Shown here: positions 1 through 12,300 of the stretch, piece by piece | How the letters are laid out: every line of letters begins with the position of its first letter | Position numbering within the stretch: position 1 is the first letter of the stretch | Assembly (NCBI GenBank): GCA_937625935.1 | Contig: OW569374.1 | Location: 124,001 to 188,000, forward strand | DNA length: 64,000 nucleotides | Reading direction: 5' to 3' | Origin: Tetramitus jugosus | Taxonomy: Eukaryota; Protista; Heterolobosea | The notes under the pieces: generated by a model | Told to the model about the DNA's origin: nothing | The model's input: only the letters and a program-made list of their open reading frames with translations | The model's database searches: none | Program-made: the position numbers and the translations under genes

Positions 1-2511
1 CGCGTTAAAGTATTGGATCCAGATAATGGAGACTTTGGCTCAGCTGAGCAGAAGATTATTGTGAAACCTGCTTTTGTTGCGGGTCTCTTATCACAGAAGT
101 TGGATGAGTCGATAGAGAGCGGCAATTATACAACCACACTAACGATAGCAAGTCAAATTAGAGGAGCAACCGTCGAAGAGATAGAGGCGAATTCTAGTGA
201 ACTCAAAGATGTTGTTCGTAGAATTCTTGATTATACAGCCACAAGAGTTGTACCTGACCCTGTCTCGATAGAGCAACAACTCCTTGTTGTTGATATGATA
301 ACCAAGAATCATATTATCATGTCGAATCAAGATAAGGGAACTGCTCTCGATATCGCTCTTAACATAATCAACATTGATCGAGCAAACATATCTATCTCAT
401 TTGTATCGAGCAGCGGATATCAGAAGGTTACAAATATCATTTCAAATGTTGCTCAAAATGGATTTACGAACAGAACTGTTGCAGAACAAGCAGTGCAAAC
501 AGGAGAAAACTTGGCCAAGTTAATTGCGTCTGGATTGTTCGTTGGCGAGTCTCCCTCTATGTTCGTTGCCACTAATTTCAAACTTACTGTGGTCGTTGAT
601 CAGACGTCGAGTATAGTTAACAAGTCGATTCAAACGAATGGTGGTACGATTGATTCGTTTTACATTCCGGTTCAGTTTACCGCTGATGTGGGTGAAGATG
701 CTGTGTCGTCCTCAATTTTGGTTTTTCAGGATAATCCTTATGAGATAAGGCCAGATGGTACTCCTTCTTCAGGTGTATCAAGCCCTGTAATTGATATCAA
801 ATTTAATAACTTGGATGGTGCTTTGCTTGCAGTGGCCAATCTGACCCAACCCCTACTCATCCATTTCAATAGAACAAAAGCCAAACAGCAAGGAGCTTGT
901 CCAGAGGCCACGTTCCAATGTCGATATTGGAGTGAGTTAGAACACAGCTGGAAAACAGATGGATGTTACTGGATAGATAACGAGAATGAAGACTACATAT
1001 CGTGTGCCTGCAACCATACGACCAGTTTCTCAGCCTTTGTACTCGAAAAAGGTGATTCTTGTGTCGCTTATGCAGGTATTAAGATAACTGGTATCGTGTT
1101 TAATTCCATGTACTTTATCACCTGCATACCTATTTTGATTGGATTGTTTTTAATAAGCCAGCAACAACCCATGAGATCCAGATTTATAGCTCCCTTTATC
1201 GGTATTAGTGCAATCATTGTTGATAGTGTTGTTCAGGGATTGATTCGTAATTCACTATCGTTGGCACGAAAACAAGACGCATCAGATGCATTCTCATATG
1301 TTATCATGTTGACCGCCAACCCATTATTCGTGACAGCTTTATTTGTGTTCTTATGGCAACAGGTGAGGTTTCTATTGATGCAAAACATCTATTACTTGAT
1401 GCCATCAGCAAACAATTCATTCCAAAAGAAATTCATTCGTTTGAATCGAATACTAGCATCAAAGGCACTATTTCTGATTGTGACCTTGTGTGTCGGATCA
1501 TTGGTGCTTGCTTGTTTTGCCGTTCTAGTGGGCTTCGCAGCTCACTACAATAATACTGGAGCTGTGGAGAAGAGGAACACCGTTGTAATAGTTCAGGCAG
1601 TGTCATTTGCTGCGATGTTAATCTTAGTGTCATTGGGAATACTTTTTACTCTCATTGTTGATATTGTCTACTCAGTCAAGCAAGAATCTGCTTCGAAGAA
1701 AACCTTTGAAGATCATGCAAGCGAGCACAATCAACAAGTTCATGTGAAGAAGACCAAAGGACTAGGTCTGATGAAGAAGCACTTTATCAATGATCCATTA
1801 CTCTTTAGGACTGAGTCAGTCATTATCGTGATCGCTGTATTCGTAATCATTGTTCTCTATTCGATTGGTATTGCAACCATTATCGAGATGTCCAGAGCAA
1901 AGTCGCCAATTATGATTGTTCGAACAGTCATTGAAATCATACTCATGTTCACTAGGATCTTTGCATTCGGAGGATTTATCTTTGTGGTCAGTGTCAAGAG
2001 TATGATCAGAGGAAGGCAGATTAACTCGCAATATGAACAACTGTCTACTTCAATGTCGTCAAAAGAAACGGTACAGGATCAAAAGGTGCTTGATATACTA
2101 AGGCATTCCTCTGGTTATCATCTTGTATTCGACTTTTGTAGAAAGGAATTCTCCCTCGAGAATATATTATTGTGGAAGGAACTCGAAAGCATCCGTTCTC
2201 GAAACCTATTGATGACCACCGAGGAAAGGCAAAAAGTTCTGAAAGAGATTCAAGAATTATACATTGACAACAACAGTGAAAGGCAATTGAACATCTCTAA
2301 TCAGCAAAGAAAAGGGTTCCTGCGAGTTGCCAAGATGTCAGAACCTTCGGCAGCAGATGCTGAAGAGGCATTCGCCAAACTATATGGTGCCTGCATGATG
2401 AACATTGCGGACACTCTGACTAGACTCAGCAGTACAGAGGCATACCAAACATATGAACTCGCAAAGGAAACTTCGAACGAGCTGAGAGATGACTTTTTCG
2501 GTGCAAACTAA
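1..2511 (+). CDS. GAIN/GPS + multi-TM (7TM-like) + C-terminal RGS domain protein, 5'-partial
   Basis: Frame open from base 1. GPS motif CRYWSE..WKTDGC..CACNHTTSF, about 7 hydrophobic segments, RGS signature FCRKEFSLENILLW..IQELYI...SERQLNIS. Confidence 0.85.
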   Translation, partial: RVKVLDPDNGDFGSAEQKIIVKPAFVAGLLSQKLDESIESGNYTTTLTIASQIRGATVEEIEANSSELKDVVRRILDYTATRVVPDPVSIEQQLLVVDMITKNHIIMSNQDKGTALDIALNIINIDRANISISFVSSSGYQKVTNIISNVAQNGFTNRTVAEQAVQTGENLAKLIASGLFVGESPSMFVATNFKLTVVVDQTSSIVNKSIQTNGGTIDSFYIPVQFTADVGEDAVSSSILVFQDNPYEIRPDGTPSSGVSSPVIDIKFNNLDGALLAVANLTQPLLIHFNRTKAKQQGACPEATFQCRYWSELEHSWKTDGCYWIDNENEDYISCACNHTTSFSAFVLEKGDSCVAYAGIKITGIVFNSMYFITCIPILIGLFLISQQQPMRSRFIAPFIGISAIIVDSVVQGLIRNSLSLARKQDASDAFSYVIMLTANPLFVTALFVFLWQQVRFLLMQNIYYLMPSANNSFQKKFIRLNRILASKALFLIVTLCVGSLVLACFAVLVGFAAHYNNTGAVEKRNTVVIVQAVSFAAMLILVSLGILFTLIVDIVYSVKQESASKKTFEDHASEHNQQVHVKKTKGLGLMKKHFINDPLLFRTESVIIVIAVFVIIVLYSIGIATIIEMSRAKSPIMIVRTVIEIILMFTRIFAFGGFIFVVSVKSMIRGRQINSQYEQLSTSMSSKETVQDQKVLDILRHSSGYHLVFDFCRKEFSLENILLWKELESIRSRNLLMTTEERQKVLKEIQELYIDNNSERQLNISNQQRKGFLRVAKMSEPSAADAEEAFAKLYGACMMNIADTLTRLSSTEAYQTYELAKETSNELRDDFFGAN

Positions 2512-2563
2512 CTTGATCATTATTAAGTTCTCTTATTGTTCATTGTTTACTCATTGATGAATC

Positions 2564-4006
2564 TTAGGCAATTGTAAATCTTCTGTTTGACAAATCAACG
2601 GCACTATGACCCAATTTCCTAGCAATTCTTTGCATTTGCAGTGTAATCTCTTGAACGCTTGATCCATTGATTTCATCTGCAATTGACACTATATTCTGTC
2701 TCTTTTTTCTCTCCACATTGACACTGTTATTCGTATTACTGACATCATTGTTATCATCGGACTGGACAGTATTTTCTGTTGAAGGATTCGTGACCAAAGA
2801 CACAGTTTCATCATTCACTTGTTCGTTATCTTCATGATTCTCAACATCTGGTCTAGTTGATTCCTCCAGTTTCAATCGATTAATGAGCAAACTGATTCTT
2901 CGACCTCTCTTGTTTGCCTTCTTCAAATGTGAAACTGCGTCATGTTCTGCGGTAGCAATGGTCGTCTCTTCACACGGAATCGTCGTCGGTGTCGTAGTCG
3001 TAATCGTGTTCGTTGTCATTGTGTCATCACTGTACGTGTTTTGATCCGAGTTTTCAATAAAACTATAATCATCGGTTCCTACAACATCATCCGCAGCACT
3101 CTCATTTTCATTCATATTTTCATTATCATCATTCTTATCATTCATATCATTCATATCATTCTTATCATTTTCACTTTCGTTTTCACTTGCATTTTCACTT
3201 TCTTCATCATCGACTTGTTCTTCTACTAGTTCTTCTTCTTCTTCTTCGTCTGCCGATGAACAATATAGACTATAGCTCTTATGACGACTCACAAAGAAGA
3301 AATCCGAGTGTTCAATAAAGGAACAAATGACTTTTTGAGCCGACACGAGTTCACTCATCATTGATTTTGGATCTCTCTTTTTTGTCATTGTCATGCCACC
3401 ACCACCTCCATTTGACGATGATTCACCTCCACCACCACCACCACCACCAGAAGAGACTGGTTTGGGAGCGACACTCGATTGATACGAAACCAACAAATTC
3501 GGTGTAAACACAATGGCCAAATTCTGCGGGGTCATTCGGTTGACATCCGAAAACTGCGACACTTCATTTAAAAATAGACATAATTTTGCCAAGAGCGCCA
3601 AATTATTCTCCGGTATAAAACTGAGCACTTTTTTGAGACAATCGAGTCGACAGTCCTCAATCGGCACACCATCAGCAATCACAAACATGTCATAGCACTC
3701 GAACGTGCACAACGGAATGGGCAACTCTCTAAAATAAAGCTTAATGAGTGATGCAATTGAATGAATGTTTGTACATTGAGCCAGACACAAGAATTGACCA
3801 TCGTTCAACTTTTGTCTCAACTCTTGAACTTCAGTGTTGGTGCCGGGCAAGCGAAACAGTCCTTCAGTCATCATGTGCTCTCGCGTTCTCAAATAATCGA
3901 ATGCAAATAGGACGAATTGTGGTACTGAACCGAGTTGTTGACCAAATTTAACACTGGCAATGTTGACTGCACCTCTTCTCTTTCTTAATTGTTGTTGTTG
4001 GTTCAT
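2564..4006 (-). CDS. RhoGAP domain protein with acidic low-complexity tail
   Basis: Arginine finger EGLFRLPG, plus IASLIKLYFRELPIPL and NRMTPQNLAIVFTPNL motifs. Confidence 0.92.
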   Translation of the reverse strand: MNQQQQLRKRRGAVNIASVKFGQQLGSVPQFVLFAFDYLRTREHMMTEGLFRLPGTNTEVQELRQKLNDGQFLCLAQCTNIHSIASLIKLYFRELPIPLCTFECYDMFVIADGVPIEDCRLDCLKKVLSFIPENNLALLAKLCLFLNEVSQFSDVNRMTPQNLAIVFTPNLLVSYQSSVAPKPVSSGGGGGGGGESSSNGGGGGMTMTKKRDPKSMMSELVSAQKVICSFIEHSDFFFVSRHKSYSLYCSSADEEEEEELVEEQVDDEESENASENESENDKNDMNDMNDKNDDNENMNENESAADDVVGTDDYSFIENSDQNTYSDDTMTTNTITTTTPTTIPCEETTIATAEHDAVSHLKKANKRGRRISLLINRLKLEESTRPDVENHEDNEQVNDETVSLVTNPSTENTVQSDDNNDVSNTNNSVNVERKKRQNIVSIADEINGSSVQEITLQMQRIARKLGHSAVDLSNRRFTIA

Positions 4007-4178
4007 GTTGTGTTTGGAAGAAGAGAGAAAATTTTGTTTTTTTTGGTGTTGAGTCGTGTGAAGATGTGTGGATGGTGTTGCGTGTGTTTGTTTGTGTGTG
4101 TTATTTATTTAGCTTTGTGACTTCTTTCGTGTGGTGTTCCTCTTCGGGAGTTGGACTGCCTATGTGATGGGTGACGCA

Positions 4179-4282
4179 CCAAATTATTCTCCGGTATAAA
4201 ACTGAGCACTTTTTTGAGACAATCGAGTCGACAGTCCTCAATCGGCACACCATCAGCAATCACAAACATGTCATAGCACTCG
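4179..4282 (+). repeat. Exact 104-bp direct copy of RhoGAP coding sequence 3598-3701 in intergenic DNA
   Basis: ccaaattattctccgg...catagcactcg is identical at 3598-3701 and 4179-4282. Confidence 0.95.
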
Positions 4283-4424
4283 TCTTGATGAATGTCATCT
4301 GTCAGATTTCTTTTGGTCTCCGACGGGTTCTGCCGCCAAAAAACCGCTGGTTGGTCTTACGGTGAGGAGAAACGAAGATCTTTCTGGAGGAAGAAATCGA
4401 TCACATCTTCTTTTTGTTAACCCA

Positions 4425-5551
4425 ATGGAGCATTGTCACTTGTTTTCACACAGTTACTTGATGGGCTTGAATGGCCACGTGTTATCCACAGAAGAGAAAG
4501 CCAATTTGCAGAGCAGTCTCATGTTGTTGAAGAATGAGAGTCATTGCTATCGAGTTGTCTTCTGGGGAAAGATTTTTGGACTCAAGAATGATTACTTTAT
4601 TGCTCAAGGCTATAGAGAATCAATATTGGGTGAGAGATTGAGTTACTATAGGTAAGAATGCTGCAGTCTCAACAGAGAGGAATACTGATATGAGGAGTTT
4701 CTAACATCAATATTTCATTTTCTTGCTTTGATTGGGTGGTTTATTGTACGTTGAAGCATCAACAATGGTGTTACATGGCATCAATTGTCTCTTGATGTGA
4801 AATCCGAAGATGTTCCGTACTTGAAGTCGATTAAGGCTCCATTCATGGGTGATCCAACTCACTTTTATGTTTTTGAAAGAGCAGTGGAACTTTTTGCAGA
4901 AAAGAAGGAAGAACCAAAGAAAGATGAAGAGAAGAAGGACGATAAAGAAGAGGACGAGGACGAGGAAGACAACGAGGAAGAAGAAGAAGCAGAGATTGAA
5001 CTAACTGAAGAGGAGATAGCAGAGAAGAAGCGTAAGGAACTAGAAGCAACATGGTACAGAACTACCGAAGAAGCTCGACTAAAGTACTTTATTCAAAGCG
5101 CAGATCATGATTTGAGTGTTGTTCCCCGAGGAGCTTTTGTATTGAATGCAGCGGAGCACGTTGTTCCCAATCAAACTTTTGCAGGTTTGGACAGACATGC
5201 ATCATCTAAACTTATCAACTATGTTCATACCAGAGAACCCGAAAAGGTACCTCTGAAGAGTATTTTGGAAAAAGAACATTTGAGTAAGAGTATCGATTTT
5301 ATGGATACGATCGCCGAAGATGTTCCCAATAGTAAGTGACTTTCAACTTTAGTTTTTTGATAAGCTCTTTTCTAACATACTCGTTGTTAGGATGTTGGTC
5401 TTTGCAATACGATGACTCATATGGTGTTATCGTTGGAAGGAGTTTGCTTTGGCCAGGTTATGTATTCTATCATATCCCCAATTCTTCAACCTGGGGATCA
5501 TTTTACTTTGGCAACGGCCTGAAGAACACCGACCTGTGTTTCATGCTATAA
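4425..5551 (+). CDS. RSPH9: Radial spoke head protein 9 homolog; introns 4652-4756 and 5332-5390
   Basis: FWGKIFGLKNDYFIAQG, EEARL, VVPRGA and RSLLWPGYVFYH...GSFYFGNGLKNTDLCFML motifs. GT-AG introns join the three ORFs in frame. Confidence 0.9.
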
Positions 5552-5571
5552 AGAACAGTATTGCGTATCAT

Positions 5572-7549
5572 TTATTCAAACACGTTCCAAACAAACACGC
5601 ACCCGTCGTCCCCCACTGATACCAATTGCTTGCTGTCTGGAGAAAACTGGATCCTATTGATTACGCCACTGTGTCCTTTTCCGACAGCCAATTTCTTACC
5701 TGATTCAACTTCGAAAAAGTGGACATGTTCATCTGTTCCGCCCACGGCAAAGTATTTACTATCATGAGTTAATGCGATGCAAGTCGGTTCGAATGTCCTG
5801 CTCTGATGGTACTCGATAATAGACGTTGGTTCAGCCTGTCTGATATCCCAAAACATGATCTGTTTTCCAGCTCCTACACTAATGAATGTTTTTTGATCGT
5901 TGCATAGTACTACGGAATTCACACCGCCCATTCTCTGACTGTGTTCCGATATTCTTCTTTCTCTCTTGAGATCCCAGCAAAAGATAGATTTATCTTTGCT
6001 AGATGATATCATGTAGGCATCATCATTAAACATCAGTATGTCTGTGATAGCAGCTCGATGTTCCTTGAATGATTGAACCATACTTCTGTTCTTAACAGTC
6101 CAAACTCGTAGTTCTCCATTTTGATCTCCAGAAATGATAAATTTTTCGCTAGATGCAGCAGCGATGGCTGTAATAGGGTATCGATGAGCTTGATTAATCT
6201 CCCACAACATTTCTCCAGTAAGTGAATCCACACTCTTAATACTACCGTCGTTGAATCCAACAATAACAACATCCAGAATAAAACAAACGCACTGAGGCAC
6301 CACGGACTTAATTCTGTTTTCTGATATAACAGAATAATCAGTCGCATCCCAATATCTGATGATTCCATCCTTCGAAACTGTTGCAAATTTATCATTCACA
6401 TCTCGAGGATATGCAACCGATACAACTGCTCCGATTGGACTCTGTGAAAGAAGCACACTCTTAAGAGTACTTGATTGAACAATGTAAATATCACCTGCAG
6501 TTGTTCCTGCAATAATTCGGGTTTCTTCCATGTTTGTACTGAGTGAGGTTACTCCTCCCTCTTTCAATTGAATTCTTCTCTCGTCAACTAACTCCTTTCC
6601 ACTTCCATTGAAAAGAGTGATTGTTCCATCCCCTCCACCTACCATTATACTATTTCCAGTACTGAACACATACATAGATCTCACTCCTAAGGAACATACG
6701 TTCATTGTTGTCTGAAGTACAAAGGTTCTAACCGAAATGCATGAAAGATCCCCAGAGGATGACCCAGCGTACAAAAACTCGCCATTCGGAGAGAAACTTA
6801 AACATGTATAATCCCGTACAAATGATCCTGTATTTGCTTGTACCCTGTTGATTTCCCCCGTTTTAGGATCTAAATTCCAGATGAATATTTTGTTATTTGC
6901 AGCCGTTGCTAATTGGTAGTTCTGTGTTTCTCTTCTCTTAATGTCCCTTACGTGTCCTCCCCATGCTACGAGAGTTGATTGAGAAGCGGGAACAACGCTT
7001 GATGATACAATGCAACCAGTTGAAGTATCCCATATCAACATTCGTTTATCTATGTGGTCTCCAACACTGACCAATAATTTCTGAAAGAACTAGGTGAGCA
7101 AAATATTCTCCAGGAGTCAGACACTTACACCTAAATAAGAAACATACTTCATCATCAGTGAACAACACACTGCTGATACCGTGATCATGTTCATTCAATC
7201 TAAACAATAGTTTCTTTGTTTCAAAACTCCAAACACAGACATCAGCATTCTCACCTACTTGTCCGGAAGCAATTAGTTTACCCTATTGTTAAAAACTTAG
7301 TTAGTTACCACCATATGAGTGGACATGTACATGTTTTATACTCACACTTCTGGATAGCGCAATGCATGTGACGTTGTCATCATGACCTCTCAGAAATTGT
7401 TGGTTATGAGGATCTGTGACATTTGCAATGACAACACAACCTCCTGATATGTAAACATAGTCTTCTCCATTTGGGTGGAAAGCAACAGACGAAGGAATAG
7501 CTCCTGAGAATCCAATCGCATGTTCTAAGTCAATAATAGCTCCCTTCAT
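5572..7549 (-). CDS. CFAP52: WD40 cilia/flagella protein CFAP52 (WDR16)-like; introns ~7283-7345 and ~7081-7147
   Basis: N-terminal LEHAIGFSG and QQFLRGHDDNVTCIA, many WD repeats, C-terminal GHSGVINRIQFSPDSKQLVSVGDDGCVFVW. Confidence 0.8.
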
Positions 7550-7602
7550 TATCTTTCTTGTTTTTATTGTAGTTTGATTTGGCGGCAAAAGTTGCCGGAG
7601 TT

Positions 7603-8942
7603 CTAGAGGCGAATTCTATAGTTCAAGTGATCATGGAAAGAAAGTTTCTTGCCTCCATACTCGGAGAAGGTACCATCCATGACAAAGCTATGGAGTCTCT
7701 TTCCTTGGATCTCCTTGAGAGAAACAGGTTCCCTACACTCTCCCTCCAACATCTTCTGAGGGATTCTTCCTCGAAACAATACTCCTTCGTTTGAACCACA
7801 GAATAGGGTCATATCACAGGAGTTTTCATTTCTTGTGCACACTGAAGTAATAGATGTCAGAGCGCTAGATACACTCAAGTTACAGATGATCTTTTCCACC
7901 ATTAGTGACTGATTGTACTGCCTCACGAGTAAGATATGAGCTGCATTTTGACCTGCAATGAGTAGTGCATGTGTAAATGGATCTCTATGTTTTGCACCCA
8001 AATGAGGGATGTACCTGACAAGGTCAACAATTTTCATATCAAGAGACAATGGAGGAGCTCTATACTGGTAGATCTTTCTCAAGACGATTTCGTCCAAATA
8101 CCCTTCACCAATATCATATATTGTCATCTTGTCATCGGCAGTCAATACAGCTAGAGAAACTCTGCTCAACAGAGATGTCTTGTTGTTCATCAGGTCAGAG
8201 CTAAAGATTGAGTGATGATCTCCCAGTTTTCTTTCTTGCTCAAATTTTAAGACCTTTAACTTGAAGACCGAGGGGAAACGATTCTTGATGTCTACCTGGG
8301 CTGGGCCACATTCAATCTTGTCATCTCCAAATCCACCCAATCTTCGAACAGTTAGAAGTTCGTGTCTCAACCAAGATCCAAATTGAATCCTGAGAGCGCT
8401 TACTTGACCATTGAAATGCCCTATCATCAAAAAACAGGAGGATTCCTCCATGACACCACAGACACAAGTAATAACGCTGGAGCTCTTCAACCTAACGTTC
8501 ACTATTGGTTCTTCAAAAGGTTCCTTGTAAACACAACAAGAGTTTCCAGAACACAGTACTAACAACACACCAAAAGAAGTGTTGATGGATGTCGAAACAA
8601 AACAACAAGTTTGGACAGGTTTCGGAAATTTTCCAATCATCTTTGTCTCTATGATAAGACACTGGATCATAAGCTTGCACTATGATACATGAATTACTAA
8701 AACGAAACGAATACAAACAACCTACCTCCCGTGGAAATGTTTTCAATAGTAACTTCCCCGTCACTATAGCACCTACATTGATACTGTGGCCTCTGATGAC
8801 CAGACTGGTGAGCTAAGTTCATCAGAGAGTTATCATGAGCTGATTTGTATTGACTCGTGTTTGTAGTTCTTGATATGACATGGTCAACTTCCTCTCTCGA
8901 AAAAGCTATGCTCTGCAAGTAATGAATCTCCTTCTTTGACAT
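7603..8942 (-). CDS. Uncharacterised, probably beta-propeller (WD40-like) protein; predicted intron 8649-8725
   Basis: Two ORFs join in frame via gtaggt...tag. Beta-strand-rich sequence (LMIGHFNGQVSAL, LFCGSNEGVL). Confidence 0.55.
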
Positions 8943-9307
8943 CTCAACAATGATTTTTGTATGCCTGTTTGTCCAACTTTTTTGTATTGAACAAAATTTT
9001 TTCCGCTTGAAGAACAAAAACAGTTGCATTTACTCCAATTTTTGTTCCAGACATCCCTCATGTAAGAGATATTCCTGACAGAATTTAATAGGATGTTCTC
9101 GGTTGTTTGGTTGTTTCGAAGAATATTGGAACTCGAACTCTGATTAGGTCATGCAGCCTATAAATGACACGATCATGATTCATTTGTTTGGTATTCGTGT
9201 TGGAATCCACTTGCGAAAGTACAACTGGAATTCCAAGTGGATTGTTCATACGGATCTGCTGAACACGTTATCTCCCACTCTCCCTTACTCTGTCCATTTA
9301 AACCTAG

Positions 9308-12300
9308 TTGAGACAGAATACTCATTTTATTCTTCGAATGCTCGACCCTAAACAATTCCTTTGGACAGAGTCCAATTATCCATTGAGTAATGACAAGGAT
9401 CCAAAGGGCTCTACACTCACTATTTCAAAGGTTACCCAACCTACTTATGGTACTGTTTCTATTAATTCTGATCTAGTTTCTCTGACCTATCGTAGCAATG
9501 GTGTCTATTCGGGTCAAGATATTTTCGAGTACACTGTTTCAAATGACAAGTTGTCCGCCACTAGCTATGTCAATGTTACCGTGATGAATCATGCCCCAGA
9601 GTGCGCTGACTTTGAGTTCTCTGTCTCTAGAAACTCTCAAGATAATTACTTCAAATTGTTTGACACTACTCAAGACGGTGTGTCCATTTCTGATGTGGAC
9701 AGTGATGAACTGTTTTTGTTCGACATTGATCAACCATCAGTCAGTGGATCGGCCAGCTTTGATAACAAGACTCTTTACTATACACCTGCTGAGCAGTTCG
9801 GTCTCAGTGAATTCTTGGCTTATTATGTTACTGATAGAAACAGCACCTGCAATGGTACTGTCACTTTCACATTGATAAATGATGCTCCAGTGGCTCAAGT
9901 GGACTCCTACCGTTTGAGAAAGAATTTGATCCATGAACTAGATGTATTGGTCAATGATTATGATGTCAACGGTGATGCGCTCACCCTTACATATGTTGGT
10001 TATTCCAAGGGTAATACCATGTTGAATGCAAATAGCACCAGAATCACCTATTGGGCATCTTCAAGCACCGATCCATACTATGACAGTATTGAATATCAGA
10101 TTAGTGATTTTGAGCCTTTAAACAGTACTTCTTATGCAACTATTGAAGTTTACAACACTGCTCCAGTTGCTGTCAACAAGACAGTCAATGTAGTCAAGAA
10201 CACTGTGGACAACAAAGTCGATCTTGAGTTTTCCGATATCGATGACCTTGATGTATTGACTGCTAAAATTATCAAGGATCCTAGTTATGGATATGCCACA
10301 TTAGTAGAAACCAAACAGACCAGAGAGGCTCTGTATGCTGATGAGACTTGGTTCGATCTTCCATTCTATGTCTACTCTGTTCTTTATACTCCTACTCATG
10401 GAAATGATGTTGATGATTATATCCAGTTCAGAGTCACTGATTCCTATGATGAAACAACTGGATTCATTAATTTTGTTATTTCTAATAGTGCTCCAGTTGC
10501 TCATAGTGATTCTGCCAACTGCAGCAGAAACACGTATGTTGATATTAACGTGATTGCTAATGATGTTGATGCCGATGGCGATGATATGGAAATTGTTCTT
10601 TCAGGCTTCATCACAACTACCAAAGGTGGAAAGGTAACATTGGTTTCCAACAAGGTCTTGAGATACACTACTCCTTCAACCTTTGTTGGTTCTGACAGCT
10701 TCACTTATACCATGAGAGATGTTGTTACCACTGCATCAAAGGCCAAAACCGCCAGTGCCACTGTATCTATCAACGTTTACAATGAGGCACCCATTCCAAG
10801 TGATGATACAGCAACTGTTGTCAAGAAAAACACTGTTACTATTAGTGTTTTGAGCAATGATGTAGACCCAAATAATGACACTATGACTGTCACTTCGGTC
10901 TCTGGTCCAAATGCAGGTTCCTCCGCGATTACTATCAGTTCTGATAAGAAAACCGTTCAATTCAAGGCTGATTCTACTGTTGGTAAGGTTAGTTTCACTT
11001 ACGTTGTCTCTGATGACCTTGGTTTGACTGGTACTGCTACTGTAGTCGTTGACATTAAGAACACTGTTCCTGTCGCTGTTAATGATGCTGTTTCTACTTT
11101 CTGGAATAGTTCTGTATCAATTGAACCACTACTCAATGATTATGATGCTGATGGAGATTCTATTCAAATCTCATCCTATACTCAACCCTCAAGTGGAACC
11201 TTGGCTTTGTCTGGAACCAAGTTCCTTTATGTCCCCACTAACGGTTTTGTTGGGACAGCTTCATTTACCTATCGTATTACCGATGGTGCTGACATCAGTA
11301 CTTCTGCTACCGTCACGATTTCTGTAACTAATACTGCCCCAGTTGCCAATGCAGATACAGCCACGCTTCACTGGAGTGTGACTGAAGGTGTAACAGTTGA
11401 TGTTTTGGCTAATGACTCTGATGCTGAAAGTGATACCTTGTATGTCAAATCAGTTACTTCACCCAAGAACGGAACTTCCAGCATTGTTACCCTATCTGAT
11501 GGAAGACATGGTGTACGGTATGTGCCCACTCAACCATTTGTGGGAACTGACAGCTTTAAATACACAGTTTCTGTTATAGTCACAGTGACGGTCCAATCAC
11601 TGATGGGACCGTCACTGTGACTATAACAAACACTCGTCCTGTTGCAAATAGTGATACTTACAGCTTGCATTGGAGAACCGCAAGTTTGACATTCAACGTT
11701 CTCACGAATGACAAGGATGACGACAGTGACTCAATCAAGATTATATCATCCTCTTTGACTGTCACTCCTTCCTCTGTTGGAACTGCAACCATCGTTGATG
11801 CTGTTGCTGGAACCATCAAGTTTGATGTACCTACTACTTTGGTGTTAGGAACATGTACTTTCCCTTATAGCATCACCGACGGAGCTCAACAATCTGCAAA
11901 TTCTGCTTCAGTCTCTGTCACTGTTACCAATGCAAACAAACCATCAGCAACTGCACTCTCAAGAACAATTCATTGGAGAACGCTCCAAACTGCAGGATAC
12001 ACTGAATTCTCTCCTTACAGTTCTGTAAAAGACTTGGATGGAGATGACATGACCTTGACCTACACTACACCTACCTATGGTCAAGTAGTTAAGAACACAA
12101 TCTCAGGTTCACCTTCCACACTGAGATTTTCTAGCACCTCAGCTTGGAAGAAAGGAAGTTCTTCATTCACTTACACTTTGAGTGACGGTGCTTCGTCAAA
12201 CACGAGCTCAATCTCCGTTTCAGTGTACAATAACGCACCCGTAGCTGCCACCATTGAGTTAGAGTTGGATCCTCAGTATATTAACTCTGGTATAGATATC

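Noticed and set aside
9348-9382. Small palindrome ttggac-aga-gtccaa as a third templated insertion in the adhesin
   Set aside because: In frame and only 6-bp arms; compatible with chance without an intact homolog for comparison.
11567-11585. Micro-introns (gttatagtcacag, gtttctgttatag, gtttctgttatagtcacag) as an explanation of the first adhesin frameshift
   Set aside because: Each removal (13 or 19 nt) leads to an in-frame TGA; only a 14-nt removal restores the repeat consensus.
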